In this document: positions 9,474 through 17,630 of the stretch, piece after piece
How the letters are laid out: every line of letters starts with the position of its first letter
How positions within the stretch are numbered: position 1 is the stretch's first letter
Assembly: GCA_963768035.1 (NCBI GenBank)
Contig: CAVYGJ010000002.1
Coordinates: forward strand, 593,079 to 657,078
Length of the DNA stretch: 64,000 nt
Origin: an uncultured Chloroflexia bacterium
Lineage (GTDB): Bacteria; Chloroflexota; Limnocylindria; Limnocylindrales; CSP1-4
Direction: 5' to 3'
Made by a program: the position numbers and the translations under genes
Notes under the pieces: generated by a model
Databases searched by the model: none
Seen by the model: only the letters and a program-made list of their open reading frames with translations
Told to the model about the DNA's origin: nothing

Positions 9474-10724
9474 TCATCGTACGACGTCCCCCTCGGCTGG
9501 GCGCTCCCCGCCGGGTTTACTGGCGGCGACGTCGGCCAGGCGCGGCACGGCGACGAGGAACCGCGTGCCGGACAGCTCCGGGATCGCGAGCGACGCACGG
9601 ATCTCAGGCGCCAGGTCCCACGCGAGGACGAGGATCTCGTCGGGTGGCTCCGCGGCGAGCGCCGCAGGCTCCAGGATCGGGATCCTGACCCCCGGGATCA
9701 TCCGGCCGTGCTTCGCCGCCGCCCGGTCGACCGTGTACGGGAGGAGCTCCGGCCCGACGCCGAGCGCGTTGAGGAACGTGATCGAACGGGCCGGCGCGCC
9801 ATAGCCCACGACCCGCCGCCCTGACCCGTGGGCCTCGCGAAGGTGGGCCGGCACCTCGCGCCGGGCCGTCTCCACGGCGTCGCCGAGGACCGCTAGGCCT
9901 GCCGGACGGTCGATCGCACCGGCCGCCTCGCGGTCGAGCTCCCGCGAAACGGTCGCGCCACGGCCACTCCCGGCGGTGCGAGCCGTCACCCGGAGCGACC
10001 CGCCGTAGACCGGCTGCGGCGTCGCATCGATCACGTCGAGGCCGGCCGCCTCGAGCTCGCGTGCCAGCCAGCCCAGTGCGAGATATGTCTGGTGGCCGTG
10101 GCGGATGGCGTCCCACTGGCCGCCCTCCACGGTCGCGAGCAGGTGGTCGAGCTCCAGGACGAGGGTCCCGCCCGGCGCGAGCAGGCCGGCCAGGCGGCGG
10201 ACCGCGAGTCGCGGCCGCTCGAGGTGCGCCAGCAGGTAGGAGTCCACGACGAGGTCGAACGAGCCGGGGGTCAGGCCCGGCGGCAGCGTGTCCCCGTCGA
10301 GCGTCCCGACCATCACCTCGCTGCCGCCCGCGGCGAGTCGCGCCGCCCGCACCGGCGAGCCCTCCAGGATGGTTGCCCGCAGACCGCGTTCCGCGAGGAA
10401 CGGCGCGAGATGGCCGCCGTGGCTCGCCACCGACAGGATCCGGGACGCCGGCGTCGCGAGCCCCCGCGCCAGGATGTCGTCAACGAACGCTCGCGCGTGC
10501 GCCGACATCATCGCCGAGGACAACGGCGACGGCCCGTCAGGCTCGTCCGCCTCCGACGGGCTGGGGTCGACCAGCTGGGCAAGCCCGCACGCCAGGCACA
10601 CCCCGAGCCGCAATGGCAGCCGCTCGTCGGGCGGGTCGTCCGGCGCGGGGAAGCCGCCGCCCGACGGCTGTGCGCCAAGGTCGATGACCGGGGCGAGCAG
10701 GCCGCCGCAGGCCCGACAGGCCAC
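9474..10724 (-). CDS. Zn-ribbon SAM methyltransferase, divergent paralog of 4004..5275 (C-methyltransferase-like)
   Basis: 416 aa with CRACGG...CLACGL ribbon and the C-terminal VVGYGAPARSITFLN...TVDRAAAKHGRMIPGVRIPI block shared with the 4004 gene. Confidence 0.75.
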   Translation of the reverse strand: MACRACGGLLAPVIDLGAQPSGGGFPAPDDPPDERLPLRLGVCLACGLAQLVDPSPSEADEPDGPSPLSSAMMSAHARAFVDDILARGLATPASRILSVASHGGHLAPFLAERGLRATILEGSPVRAARLAAGGSEVMVGTLDGDTLPPGLTPGSFDLVVDSYLLAHLERPRLAVRRLAGLLAPGGTLVLELDHLLATVEGGQWDAIRHGHQTYLALGWLARELEAAGLDVIDATPQPVYGGSLRVTARTAGSGRGATVSRELDREAAGAIDRPAGLAVLGDAVETARREVPAHLREAHGSGRRVVGYGAPARSITFLNALGVGPELLPYTVDRAAAKHGRMIPGVRIPILEPAALAAEPPDEILVLAWDLAPEIRASLAIPELSGTRFLVAVPRLADVAASKPGGERPAEGDVVR

Positions 10725-10752
10725 GCCACCGGACCTCGTCCGGCGGCCCTCG

Positions 10753-11226
10753 TCAGCGATGGAGGACCGCCCAGTCGTATGGGATGTCGTCGCCGAAGGG
10801 GTCCAGACGCTCCGTGCGGGCCGGGTCGTGGGGGTGCGTCGCGCAGTTCGCGACGAGCGAGATGTCGTCCATGCCCTTCATGCCGTTCCACACGAACGGC
10901 GGGATCACGACCAGCGAGTAGTCGTCCGGCCCGAGGAAGCGCTCCATGAGGATGCCGCGGGTGGGCGAGCCCTCGCGGTCGTCGTACAGCACGAGCTTCA
11001 CGCGTCCCACCGGGCAGGCGTAGTTAAGCGTCATGTCCGCGTGGCGGTGCCATCCTTTGATGGCGTCGCGGTAGATCGTTGTGAAGTAGATCTCGCCGAA
11101 CTCCCGGAAGTGGGGATCGGTGCGGCGCAGCATGTGGAAGATGGTCCCGCGCTCGTCGGGGATCCGCCGCAACGGCACCACGAACACGCCCTCGATCGCC
11201 GCCACCTGTTCTCCCTGTTGGGTCAC
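10753..11226 (-). CDS. RmlC-like cupin (dTDP-4-dehydrorhamnose 3,5-epimerase family, short form)
   Basis: Motifs ...IPDERGTIFHMLR...GEIYFTTIYRDAIKGWHRH... The GTG start at 11226 overlaps the upstream stop (GTGA). The upstream extension in the track ORF was judged non-coding. Confidence 0.75.
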   Translation of the reverse strand: MTQQGEQVAAIEGVFVVPLRRIPDERGTIFHMLRRTDPHFREFGEIYFTTIYRDAIKGWHRHADMTLNYACPVGRVKLVLYDDREGSPTRGILMERFLGPDDYSLVVIPPFVWNGMKGMDDISLVANCATHPHDPARTERLDPFGDDIPYDWAVLHR

Positions 11227-11978
11227 GACGCACGCTCCTGTCGGGCACGGAGGTCGGCGGCCTTCCGCCAGTAGGTCAGCCGGTGAGTGCGTGGGGCGAA
11301 ATTCATGGCCCACGAGCCGAGGCGCGGGCTCACGAGCAACGACGCCGCAACCGCATGCAGGAGCGGGCTCAGCCGGATGCTCCCCTGCGGCTTGCGGCCG
11401 AGGTCCGAAAGGCGCTGCAGCGGCATGCTCACGACGTTCGGGTTCGTCGGCTTGCGGATGACGAAGTCGTAGACCAGCATGACTCCCCCTGGGCGCACGA
11501 CACGTTCCATCTCGGCAAACAGGGCGCGCTGGAGTTCGGCGTCGCGGATCGATGAGAACACCGTGGACGCCGTCGCGACGTCAAACGTGGCGTCGGGGAA
11601 CGGGATCGTCGGACCGTCGCTCAGCCTGAGGTCGACCCCAGGGCACAGGTCGCGCGCGGTCGCCAGCCGGACTTCTGTCAGGTCGACTCCGGCGAGGAGG
11701 TCCGGCGTCCAGCCCGCCACCTCAAGGGCATGCAGGTCGCCGCCGCCACCGCAGCCGACGTCAAGCAGACGGGGATGTGCCATCGGCAGCAGCTGTCCCA
11801 GGAGCTGGCGCGTCGCGGTCATTCGTTCCGCTGCGAGCATTCCGGACGCTCGACGGATCACCTCGCTCCGCGGGCCGCCGCGTTCCATCCGCTCGTACAC
11901 GGCCCGGATCCGCGCGACCTCCTCTGCCTGCGCGGTCGGTTGCTGGTGCGATCCCGGCGGGGCGTCCATCGGCAGCAT
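11223..11978 (-). CDS. Class I SAM-dependent methyltransferase
   Basis: 251 aa with motif I LLDVGCGGGGDL and the post-I/II pattern (VATASTVFSSI...PGGVMLVYDF). The start is uncertain because the upstream ORF overlaps it. Confidence 0.75.
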   Translation of the reverse strand: MLPMDAPPGSHQQPTAQAEEVARIRAVYERMERGGPRSEVIRRASGMLAAERMTATRQLLGQLLPMAHPRLLDVGCGGGGDLHALEVAGWTPDLLAGVDLTEVRLATARDLCPGVDLRLSDGPTIPFPDATFDVATASTVFSSIRDAELQRALFAEMERVVRPGGVMLVYDFVIRKPTNPNVVSMPLQRLSDLGRKPQGSIRLSPLLHAVAASLLVSPRLGSWAMNFAPRTHRLTYWRKAADLRARQERAS

Positions 11979-13362
11979 TATCGCCGCCTATTGGCGCCGC
12001 CGATCCGTCGATCGGCGTGCCGGCCGCGAGCGCCTCCCTGCGCTCGCGCTGCGCAAGGTAGGTGAGCCCTGCCGCGATCCCAATCACGAGCCAGACCTGC
12101 TTGCGGTTGGACAGGACATCGAGGAACACCCCCGCGACCATGAGTGCCGCGAGTCCCGCCTGGATCGACATCGCGTCGACGCCCCATCCACGGCGGAGCA
12201 CGAGTGGGACGATGAACAGGCCGAGGACGACGACGCCCAGGACGCCGAGCTCCACGCCAGTGGACAGGAAGATGTCGTGCGGGGCGCGGCCGGCGAGGTA
12301 CGCGGTCATGTTCGTCGCGCCCGACGCCCGGACCGCATCGAGCGTGTACACGACCGGAAAGTTCGCGAACCCCACGCCGATCACGGGTGAGAGGCGGAGG
12401 AGCGTCAGGCCCGCCAGCCAGATGTCGGCTCGCCCCGCGCCACCCGTGGAGACCGCGTTGCCGCTCCGCTCGGCGATGAGGTCCGCGATGCCGGGGATCT
12501 GGTAGACCACGACGGCCACGACAGCGAGGGCGGCGAGCACCGCGATCCGTTGTCGTGACGGCAACCGCGGGATGACGAACAGCAGCATGACGACGCCCAC
12601 GGCCACCCAGGCGCCGCGGGTGCCCGACACCGCGATGCCGGCGGCGGTGATCAGCGTCACCAGTCCGCTCAAGGCCCGCCGCTCGCCGGCGATCACCTGG
12701 TGGAGGCCGAACACGAACGCCGGAAGGAGGACGGCGGCGAACTGCGCAGGATCCTGTCCGCTGAGTGCGCTCGCACGGTCGCCGGCAAACCCGGCATCGA
12801 GGTACGACCTGACGCCGATCAGCGCCGTGAGCGCAGCCGACGCGCTGTACGCCCACATCACCGGGCGGACGATCGAGGGGTCGCGGACCACGTAGTCGGC
12901 TACCAGGACGGCGATGACGAACAACTGCAACAGCGTCGGGAGCGCCTGCCAGGTGACGCCCGGGTCGGCGGCCCAGAAGAGGCTCAGGCTCGCGAGCAGC
13001 ATGTACGCCCAGCCGGCGGGCGGCATCGCCCAGATCTTGAGGGAGCCGAGCCGCGGCACCCCGTAGGTCACCGCGAACAGGATGCCGGCGAACCGGCCGA
13101 GCGTCCCGAGCCCGTCGATGACGAGCACGGATTCGATGGGGATCGACGCAGCGAAGACGAGCAGGCCGAGCAACGGTCGCCGGATCGCGACCAGGGTCAC
13201 CGCGCCCGCGAGCGCCGCCGCCGTGACGGTCGACAGGTATCCCGTCCGTGTCGCGGCGACGGTCGCGACGACCACGAGCAGCAGACCGGCCGTGGCCAGC
13301 AGCCAGTCGCGCCTGCCGTCGAGCTGCAGCTCGGTCCCGATGCGCGACCGGATGGCCGTCAT
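11761..13362 (-). CDS. O-antigen ligase/Wzy-like polytopic membrane protein (putative polymerase)
   Basis: About 10-12 hydrophobic segments and a Wzy_C-like block (GTRGAWVAVGVVMLLF...). The ATG at 13362 overlaps the upstream stop (ATGA). The last ~70 codons are low-complexity and overlap the next gene, so the 3' end is uncertain. Confidence 0.65.
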   Translation of the reverse strand: MTAIRSRIGTELQLDGRRDWLLATAGLLLVVVATVAATRTGYLSTVTAAALAGAVTLVAIRRPLLGLLVFAASIPIESVLVIDGLGTLGRFAGILFAVTYGVPRLGSLKIWAMPPAGWAYMLLASLSLFWAADPGVTWQALPTLLQLFVIAVLVADYVVRDPSIVRPVMWAYSASAALTALIGVRSYLDAGFAGDRASALSGQDPAQFAAVLLPAFVFGLHQVIAGERRALSGLVTLITAAGIAVSGTRGAWVAVGVVMLLFVIPRLPSRQRIAVLAALAVVAVVVYQIPGIADLIAERSGNAVSTGGAGRADIWLAGLTLLRLSPVIGVGFANFPVVYTLDAVRASGATNMTAYLAGRAPHDIFLSTGVELGVLGVVVLGLFIVPLVLRRGWGVDAMSIQAGLAALMVAGVFLDVLSNRKQVWLVIGIAAGLTYLAQRERREALAAGTPIDGSAAPIGGDNAADGRPAGIAPATDRAGRGGRADPGRVRADGTRRPAERGDPSSVRNARSGTNDRDAPAPGTAAADGTSPSA

Positions 13363-14798
13363 CGCGGGCGGCCGCGTCGGGCGGGCTCGCGACCCGGTGC
13401 GTGGTCGCGGCGGGATTGCGCCGCCCTGTCGAGCACGCCTGCGAGGCGTTCGGCCATGGCAAGCCGCGAGTAGGCGCCCGCCGGGTCGGCCGGACGATGG
13501 GGTGCCGGCATCGCCAGGAGACGCTCGATCGCGCGGCAGACCGATGTGGCGTCCGGATCTGCGATGACGCCCCAGCGGAGCTCCTCGAGGATGTCCCGCG
13601 CGTCGCCGGGCGGAAGGACGGCGAGGATCTGCTTGTTCTGGCCCAGGTAGTCGAACAGCTTGCCCGGTACGAACTGGCCCATGCCAGGGCCGCCGCCGAG
13701 CATGACGAGGGCGGCGTCGGCATCGGCGATGGCCTGCAGGGCGACCTTGCGGGGAACGAACCCGCGGAAGTCGATCACGCCGTCGAGCGATCCGTCCGCC
13801 GCGACGCGGTCCGCGACGTGGCGGGACTCGTCCGAGACCAGCCCGTAGAAGGTCAGGCGCAGCGTGTCCGCGAGGGCTGGCCGACTCGCAACCATCGACT
13901 TCAGCCCCTCGAGGACGACCTCGAGCTCTGCAGGCCTGTAGATGGTGCCGGTCCACACGATCCGGAACAGGTCCCGATCTGCGGCGGGCCGCGCAGCAGG
14001 CACCAGGGTGTCCGCCGGGTCGTACGCATTCATGATCGTCGTCATCTCGGCGGCCTGCGGGTAGCGTCGGCGGTAGAGGCGCGCCGTCGACGGGCTGACG
14101 AACACGATTCGATCAGCGGAGCGGACGACCCATCGCTCGAGGTGCGCCTGGAGCTGCCTGTGGAACCATGGCGGCCGTGCCGCGACGGGGTTGCCCTTCC
14201 ACGGGTCACGGAACTCGGCGACCCAAGGGGCACCCGTGATCCGCTTGACGATGCCGGCGATGAGGTGGGCGGTGACCGGCGATGATGTCGAGTAGATCGC
14301 GTCGAACCGGCCCGCCCAGTACGCTCGGACGGCTCCGACGACCGCGAACACGAGCCACCCGATCTCGCTGTCGGGGAAGAACACCAGCTGCTGCAGGTGC
14401 CAGAACGACGGGATCGTGGAGCTTCCCGGCCGACCGGCCGCAGGCGGCTCGATCGCCGTCGGCGCTCCATCGGCGCGCTCGGTGCGCGACGCACGCGGCC
14501 GAAGGTGCTTCGCGAGGTTGACGACTGGGCGCAGCACCTCCGGCCCGACGAACCCGGTCCGCACGACAGTGGCGTCGGGGCTCACCATCCCGAGCGTTGC
14601 GGGATCGGCGGGCCCGTCGCCCTTGCGTGGGGCGAGCACGATCGGGGTCCATCCGAACCGCGGCAGGTACTCCACGTTGCGGACGTTGCGAGCCACGGGC
14701 ACGCCGCCAAGCGGCGGGAAGTGATACAGGACCATCAGCACGCGCTTCGAGGCAGCCGGAGCCTCCTCGAGGGCCGTGCCGTCGGGTGACGCGGTCAT
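13359..14798 (-). CDS. GT-B fold glycosyltransferase (GT4-like)
   Basis: 479 aa starting MTASPDG, with KRVLMVLYHFPPLGG at the N-terminus and PGKLFDYLGQNKQILAV in the C-terminal half. The upstream part of track ORF 13359..15143 is a shadow frame. Confidence 0.7.
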   Translation of the reverse strand: MTASPDGTALEEAPAASKRVLMVLYHFPPLGGVPVARNVRNVEYLPRFGWTPIVLAPRKGDGPADPATLGMVSPDATVVRTGFVGPEVLRPVVNLAKHLRPRASRTERADGAPTAIEPPAAGRPGSSTIPSFWHLQQLVFFPDSEIGWLVFAVVGAVRAYWAGRFDAIYSTSSPVTAHLIAGIVKRITGAPWVAEFRDPWKGNPVAARPPWFHRQLQAHLERWVVRSADRIVFVSPSTARLYRRRYPQAAEMTTIMNAYDPADTLVPAARPAADRDLFRIVWTGTIYRPAELEVVLEGLKSMVASRPALADTLRLTFYGLVSDESRHVADRVAADGSLDGVIDFRGFVPRKVALQAIADADAALVMLGGGPGMGQFVPGKLFDYLGQNKQILAVLPPGDARDILEELRWGVIADPDATSVCRAIERLLAMPAPHRPADPAGAYSRLAMAERLAGVLDRAAQSRRDHAPGREPARRGRPR

Positions 14799-14997
14799 CG
14801 GCCCGGCCGCGAAACGACGCTCGCCGCCCCGTCGCGGGATCGAGGCGATCCGACGTCCGGACGCGGGAGGAGGGCGGTCGGCGGCATGGGTCGCGCGGGC
14901 ATGGCGAGCGGAGGATACTCGACCGAGCCGAGTGGGACGCCCCGACCGGACCTGAGCGCCCGTGGTGCCCTCGCGTCGCCAACATGGACGCGACTGC

Positions 14998-17331
14998 CTA
15001 GAGCGTCCCGCTGCGGAACCGCTCGACGATCCCCTCCGAGATGCGCAGGGCCAGCGCGGAGACCGTGATCGCGGGGTTGGACGCGCCGGCTGTGACGAAC
15101 ACGCTGCTGTCGGCGAGGAACAGGTTGGGCACGTCGTGCGCACGGCCCATCGGGTCCACGACGGACGACGCGGGATCGGTGCCCATGCGGCACGTACCCA
15201 CGTAGTGCGACGACATCCCGGAGTAGTGCTCGTTGCCCCAGATCCGGCTCGCGCCCGACGCCTCGAGAAGGTCCCTGAGGCGCGCGGACATCGTGCGGAT
15301 CATGGCCCGGTCGTTGTCGCGCGGGGTGTTGATGAGGTGCGGCGCCGGCAGCCCGTAGACGTCCTTCTGGAGCGGGTCGAGCACGACGCGGTTGCGCTCG
15401 TCCGGGAGCTGCTCGCCGATCGTCGCGAGGGTGATGTAGTGGCCGAACTCCTGCTTGACGCGGGCCTTGTGCTCGTTGCCCCACCCGGGCACGCGGCTGG
15501 CAACCGTGTACGGCCAGTGTGAGTTCGCGCTGACGAGCGTCGTCCAGCCGCGGGCGAAGTCGTTGCGGGCATCGGTCTCGTACGCGTCCTGGATGATCCC
15601 GCCCGACGGCGTGCCTCGCCACGGGTCGACTCGCTGCTCGAACAGGCCGAAGGCGTACACCGCGAGGTGTTCCATGAAGTTGCGCCCCACCAGTCCGCTG
15701 GAGTTCGCGAGTCCATCCGGGAACCTGGACCGGCTCATGAGCAGCAGGCGCGGCGTCTCGACGGCGTTCCCTGCAACGACGATCGCGCGCCCCGTGACGC
15801 GCCGCTCCCGGCCATCCGCGTCGATGTACACGACCGCGCTCGCACGGCCGCTCGCGTCAGTCTCGATCTCGCGCGCCATGCTCTCGGTGCGCAGGTCCAC
15901 GCGGCCCGTGGCCTCGGCCTTCGGGATGTACGTCACGTCCATGCTGGACTTGGCGGAGATCAGGCAGCCCATGTGGCAGACCCCCGCGCCGACGCACGCG
16001 GGGCGTCCGCGCCAGTCCGCGGATGGCATCGCGAGCGGCTCCCGCACGAGGTGGAGCCCGAGCCGGTCCGCGCCGGTCTTGATCGTCCGGCTGGCCATGT
16101 TGAGCGGGTGGGCCGCCGTCGGGTACGGCCTGCTTCGCGGCGGCTCGAACGGGTTCGCGCCGTCCGGCCCGGAGACGCCGAGCTCGTACTCGACGCGGGT
16201 GTAGTACGGCTCGAGGTCCTGGTATGTGATCGGCCAGTCGGCGCCGACCCCGTCGCGGGAGCGCGTCGCGAAGTCCGACTCGTGCAGGCGGGGTGACATA
16301 CCCACGTAGTGCAGCGTCGATCCGCCAACGCCCTTGACGCGGCTGTAGGCGAACGAGCTGCTGGCGGGAGTCGTGTAGACGTCCCGGAGGTCGTCGGCTG
16401 CGCGAAACGTGTCGCGGCCAAGCGACTCGAAGTCGGGGCGGTCGGTTGGATAGTCGCGGAGCGGCTGGTAGCGCGGGCCAGCCTCGAGGACGATCACCGA
16501 CAGACCGGCCTCTGCGAGCTCCTTGGCAACCACAGCGCCGCCCGCGCCACTGCCGACGACCACGACGTCGGCCGCGTCCTTCCACGCGCCGGTGTCCGGT
16601 CGCGGGGTGGCCGGCGCGGTCCCGAGGACCGGCACTCGTCGCGGCGGCCGGGGCACGTCGAGCGAATCGTAGCCGAGCGGCATCGGCGGACCGTCGTACT
16701 CGAGCCACAGCCAGGCCACTTCGCTCGAGTAGAACACGCGCTGCGTGTCTGTGATGAGGCTCGGGTAGAGCTCGGCGGCCGCCCCGCCAGCGCCGAGCAT
16801 CGAGGCCGCCTGGTGCAGCCGACGGAGCAGGCCGCTGCGCGACGGGTCGGTCAGCTGCCGGTGGAGCGCCTCGACGGTCGAGAGCAGCGCCGACTGTTGG
16901 CTCGCCTCCAGGGCCTCGTACGGCCCGCCGTACGACCGGACCGCGAGCTCGTCGATGGCGAGCAGGCCACGGGCGTAGCGACCGTGGTCCCCAGGCCGGC
17001 CCGCCACGAGGGCGTCGATCTGGCGCACGGCCGAGGTCCCGATGATGTCCATGTCGGCCGCACCCGGCACGTCCTCCGTCGAGGGGATGATCACGCACGC
17101 CAGCGCGTGGACCAGCGCCTCCTCCTCGGGTGTGAACCACCGTCCCGGCTCACCAGTGCGGATCCGGTCGCGGCGTCGCAGGACTCGACGCCGGGCGGGC
17201 GGGAGCCGGTAGAGCAGCTGCCCGGTCGCCTCGAGCACGGCGACCGTCGAGGTCCGCGCCAGCCGCGGAATCGCAATCGAGACGGCCTCGCCCGCGCCTG
17301 GAAGCCGCGCTTTCAGGTGAGTCAGCAACAC
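14998..17331 (-). CDS. Fusion of a gluconate-2-dehydrogenase subunit-3-like domain with a GMC-family FAD oxidoreductase
   Basis: 777 aa. The N-terminal ~230 aa match the Gluconate_2-dh3 pattern (FTPEEEALVHALACVIIPSTEDVPGAADMDI). This is followed by the FAD motif VVVVGSGAGGAVVAKELAEAGLSVIVLEAG and a GMC C-terminal block (HYVGTCRMG...NLFLADSSVF). Confidence 0.8.
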   Translation of the reverse strand: MLLTHLKARLPGAGEAVSIAIPRLARTSTVAVLEATGQLLYRLPPARRRVLRRRDRIRTGEPGRWFTPEEEALVHALACVIIPSTEDVPGAADMDIIGTSAVRQIDALVAGRPGDHGRYARGLLAIDELAVRSYGGPYEALEASQQSALLSTVEALHRQLTDPSRSGLLRRLHQAASMLGAGGAAAELYPSLITDTQRVFYSSEVAWLWLEYDGPPMPLGYDSLDVPRPPRRVPVLGTAPATPRPDTGAWKDAADVVVVGSGAGGAVVAKELAEAGLSVIVLEAGPRYQPLRDYPTDRPDFESLGRDTFRAADDLRDVYTTPASSSFAYSRVKGVGGSTLHYVGMSPRLHESDFATRSRDGVGADWPITYQDLEPYYTRVEYELGVSGPDGANPFEPPRSRPYPTAAHPLNMASRTIKTGADRLGLHLVREPLAMPSADWRGRPACVGAGVCHMGCLISAKSSMDVTYIPKAEATGRVDLRTESMAREIETDASGRASAVVYIDADGRERRVTGRAIVVAGNAVETPRLLLMSRSRFPDGLANSSGLVGRNFMEHLAVYAFGLFEQRVDPWRGTPSGGIIQDAYETDARNDFARGWTTLVSANSHWPYTVASRVPGWGNEHKARVKQEFGHYITLATIGEQLPDERNRVVLDPLQKDVYGLPAPHLINTPRDNDRAMIRTMSARLRDLLEASGASRIWGNEHYSGMSSHYVGTCRMGTDPASSVVDPMGRAHDVPNLFLADSSVFVTAGASNPAITVSALALRISEGIVERFRSGTL

Positions 17332-17630
17332 TGAGAAATCACTCCCGCACGCTCATCGCGCGCCATTGGCGGCGGCGAGCACCTCGTCGACACAACACTC
17401 CCCGTGGAGCGCCTGGTAGCGTGTCGCGGGGCTCAAGCCGGATGCGGGACGCGAATTCCGGACGACCGGTCGCCGTGACCGAACAGCCCGGATGGCAGCG
17501 CTCCGGATGACGCGGCCGCCACCCTACCACCTCGGATACGGGCGTGCGTCCCGAGCGATCGCGATGTGGCGCACCTGCGCCGGCGGGCGGATGCGCTACC
17601 TTCGGGGGACGGGCCCCGTCTGAAGGTCCG

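Noticed and set aside
17440-17520. Three occurrences of CCGGATG within ~80 nt in the GMC/asnB divergent region.
   Set aside because: A 7-mer of this composition recurs elsewhere in the window (for example near 37510, 40081 and 45040). The spacing is irregular and there is no palindromic context.
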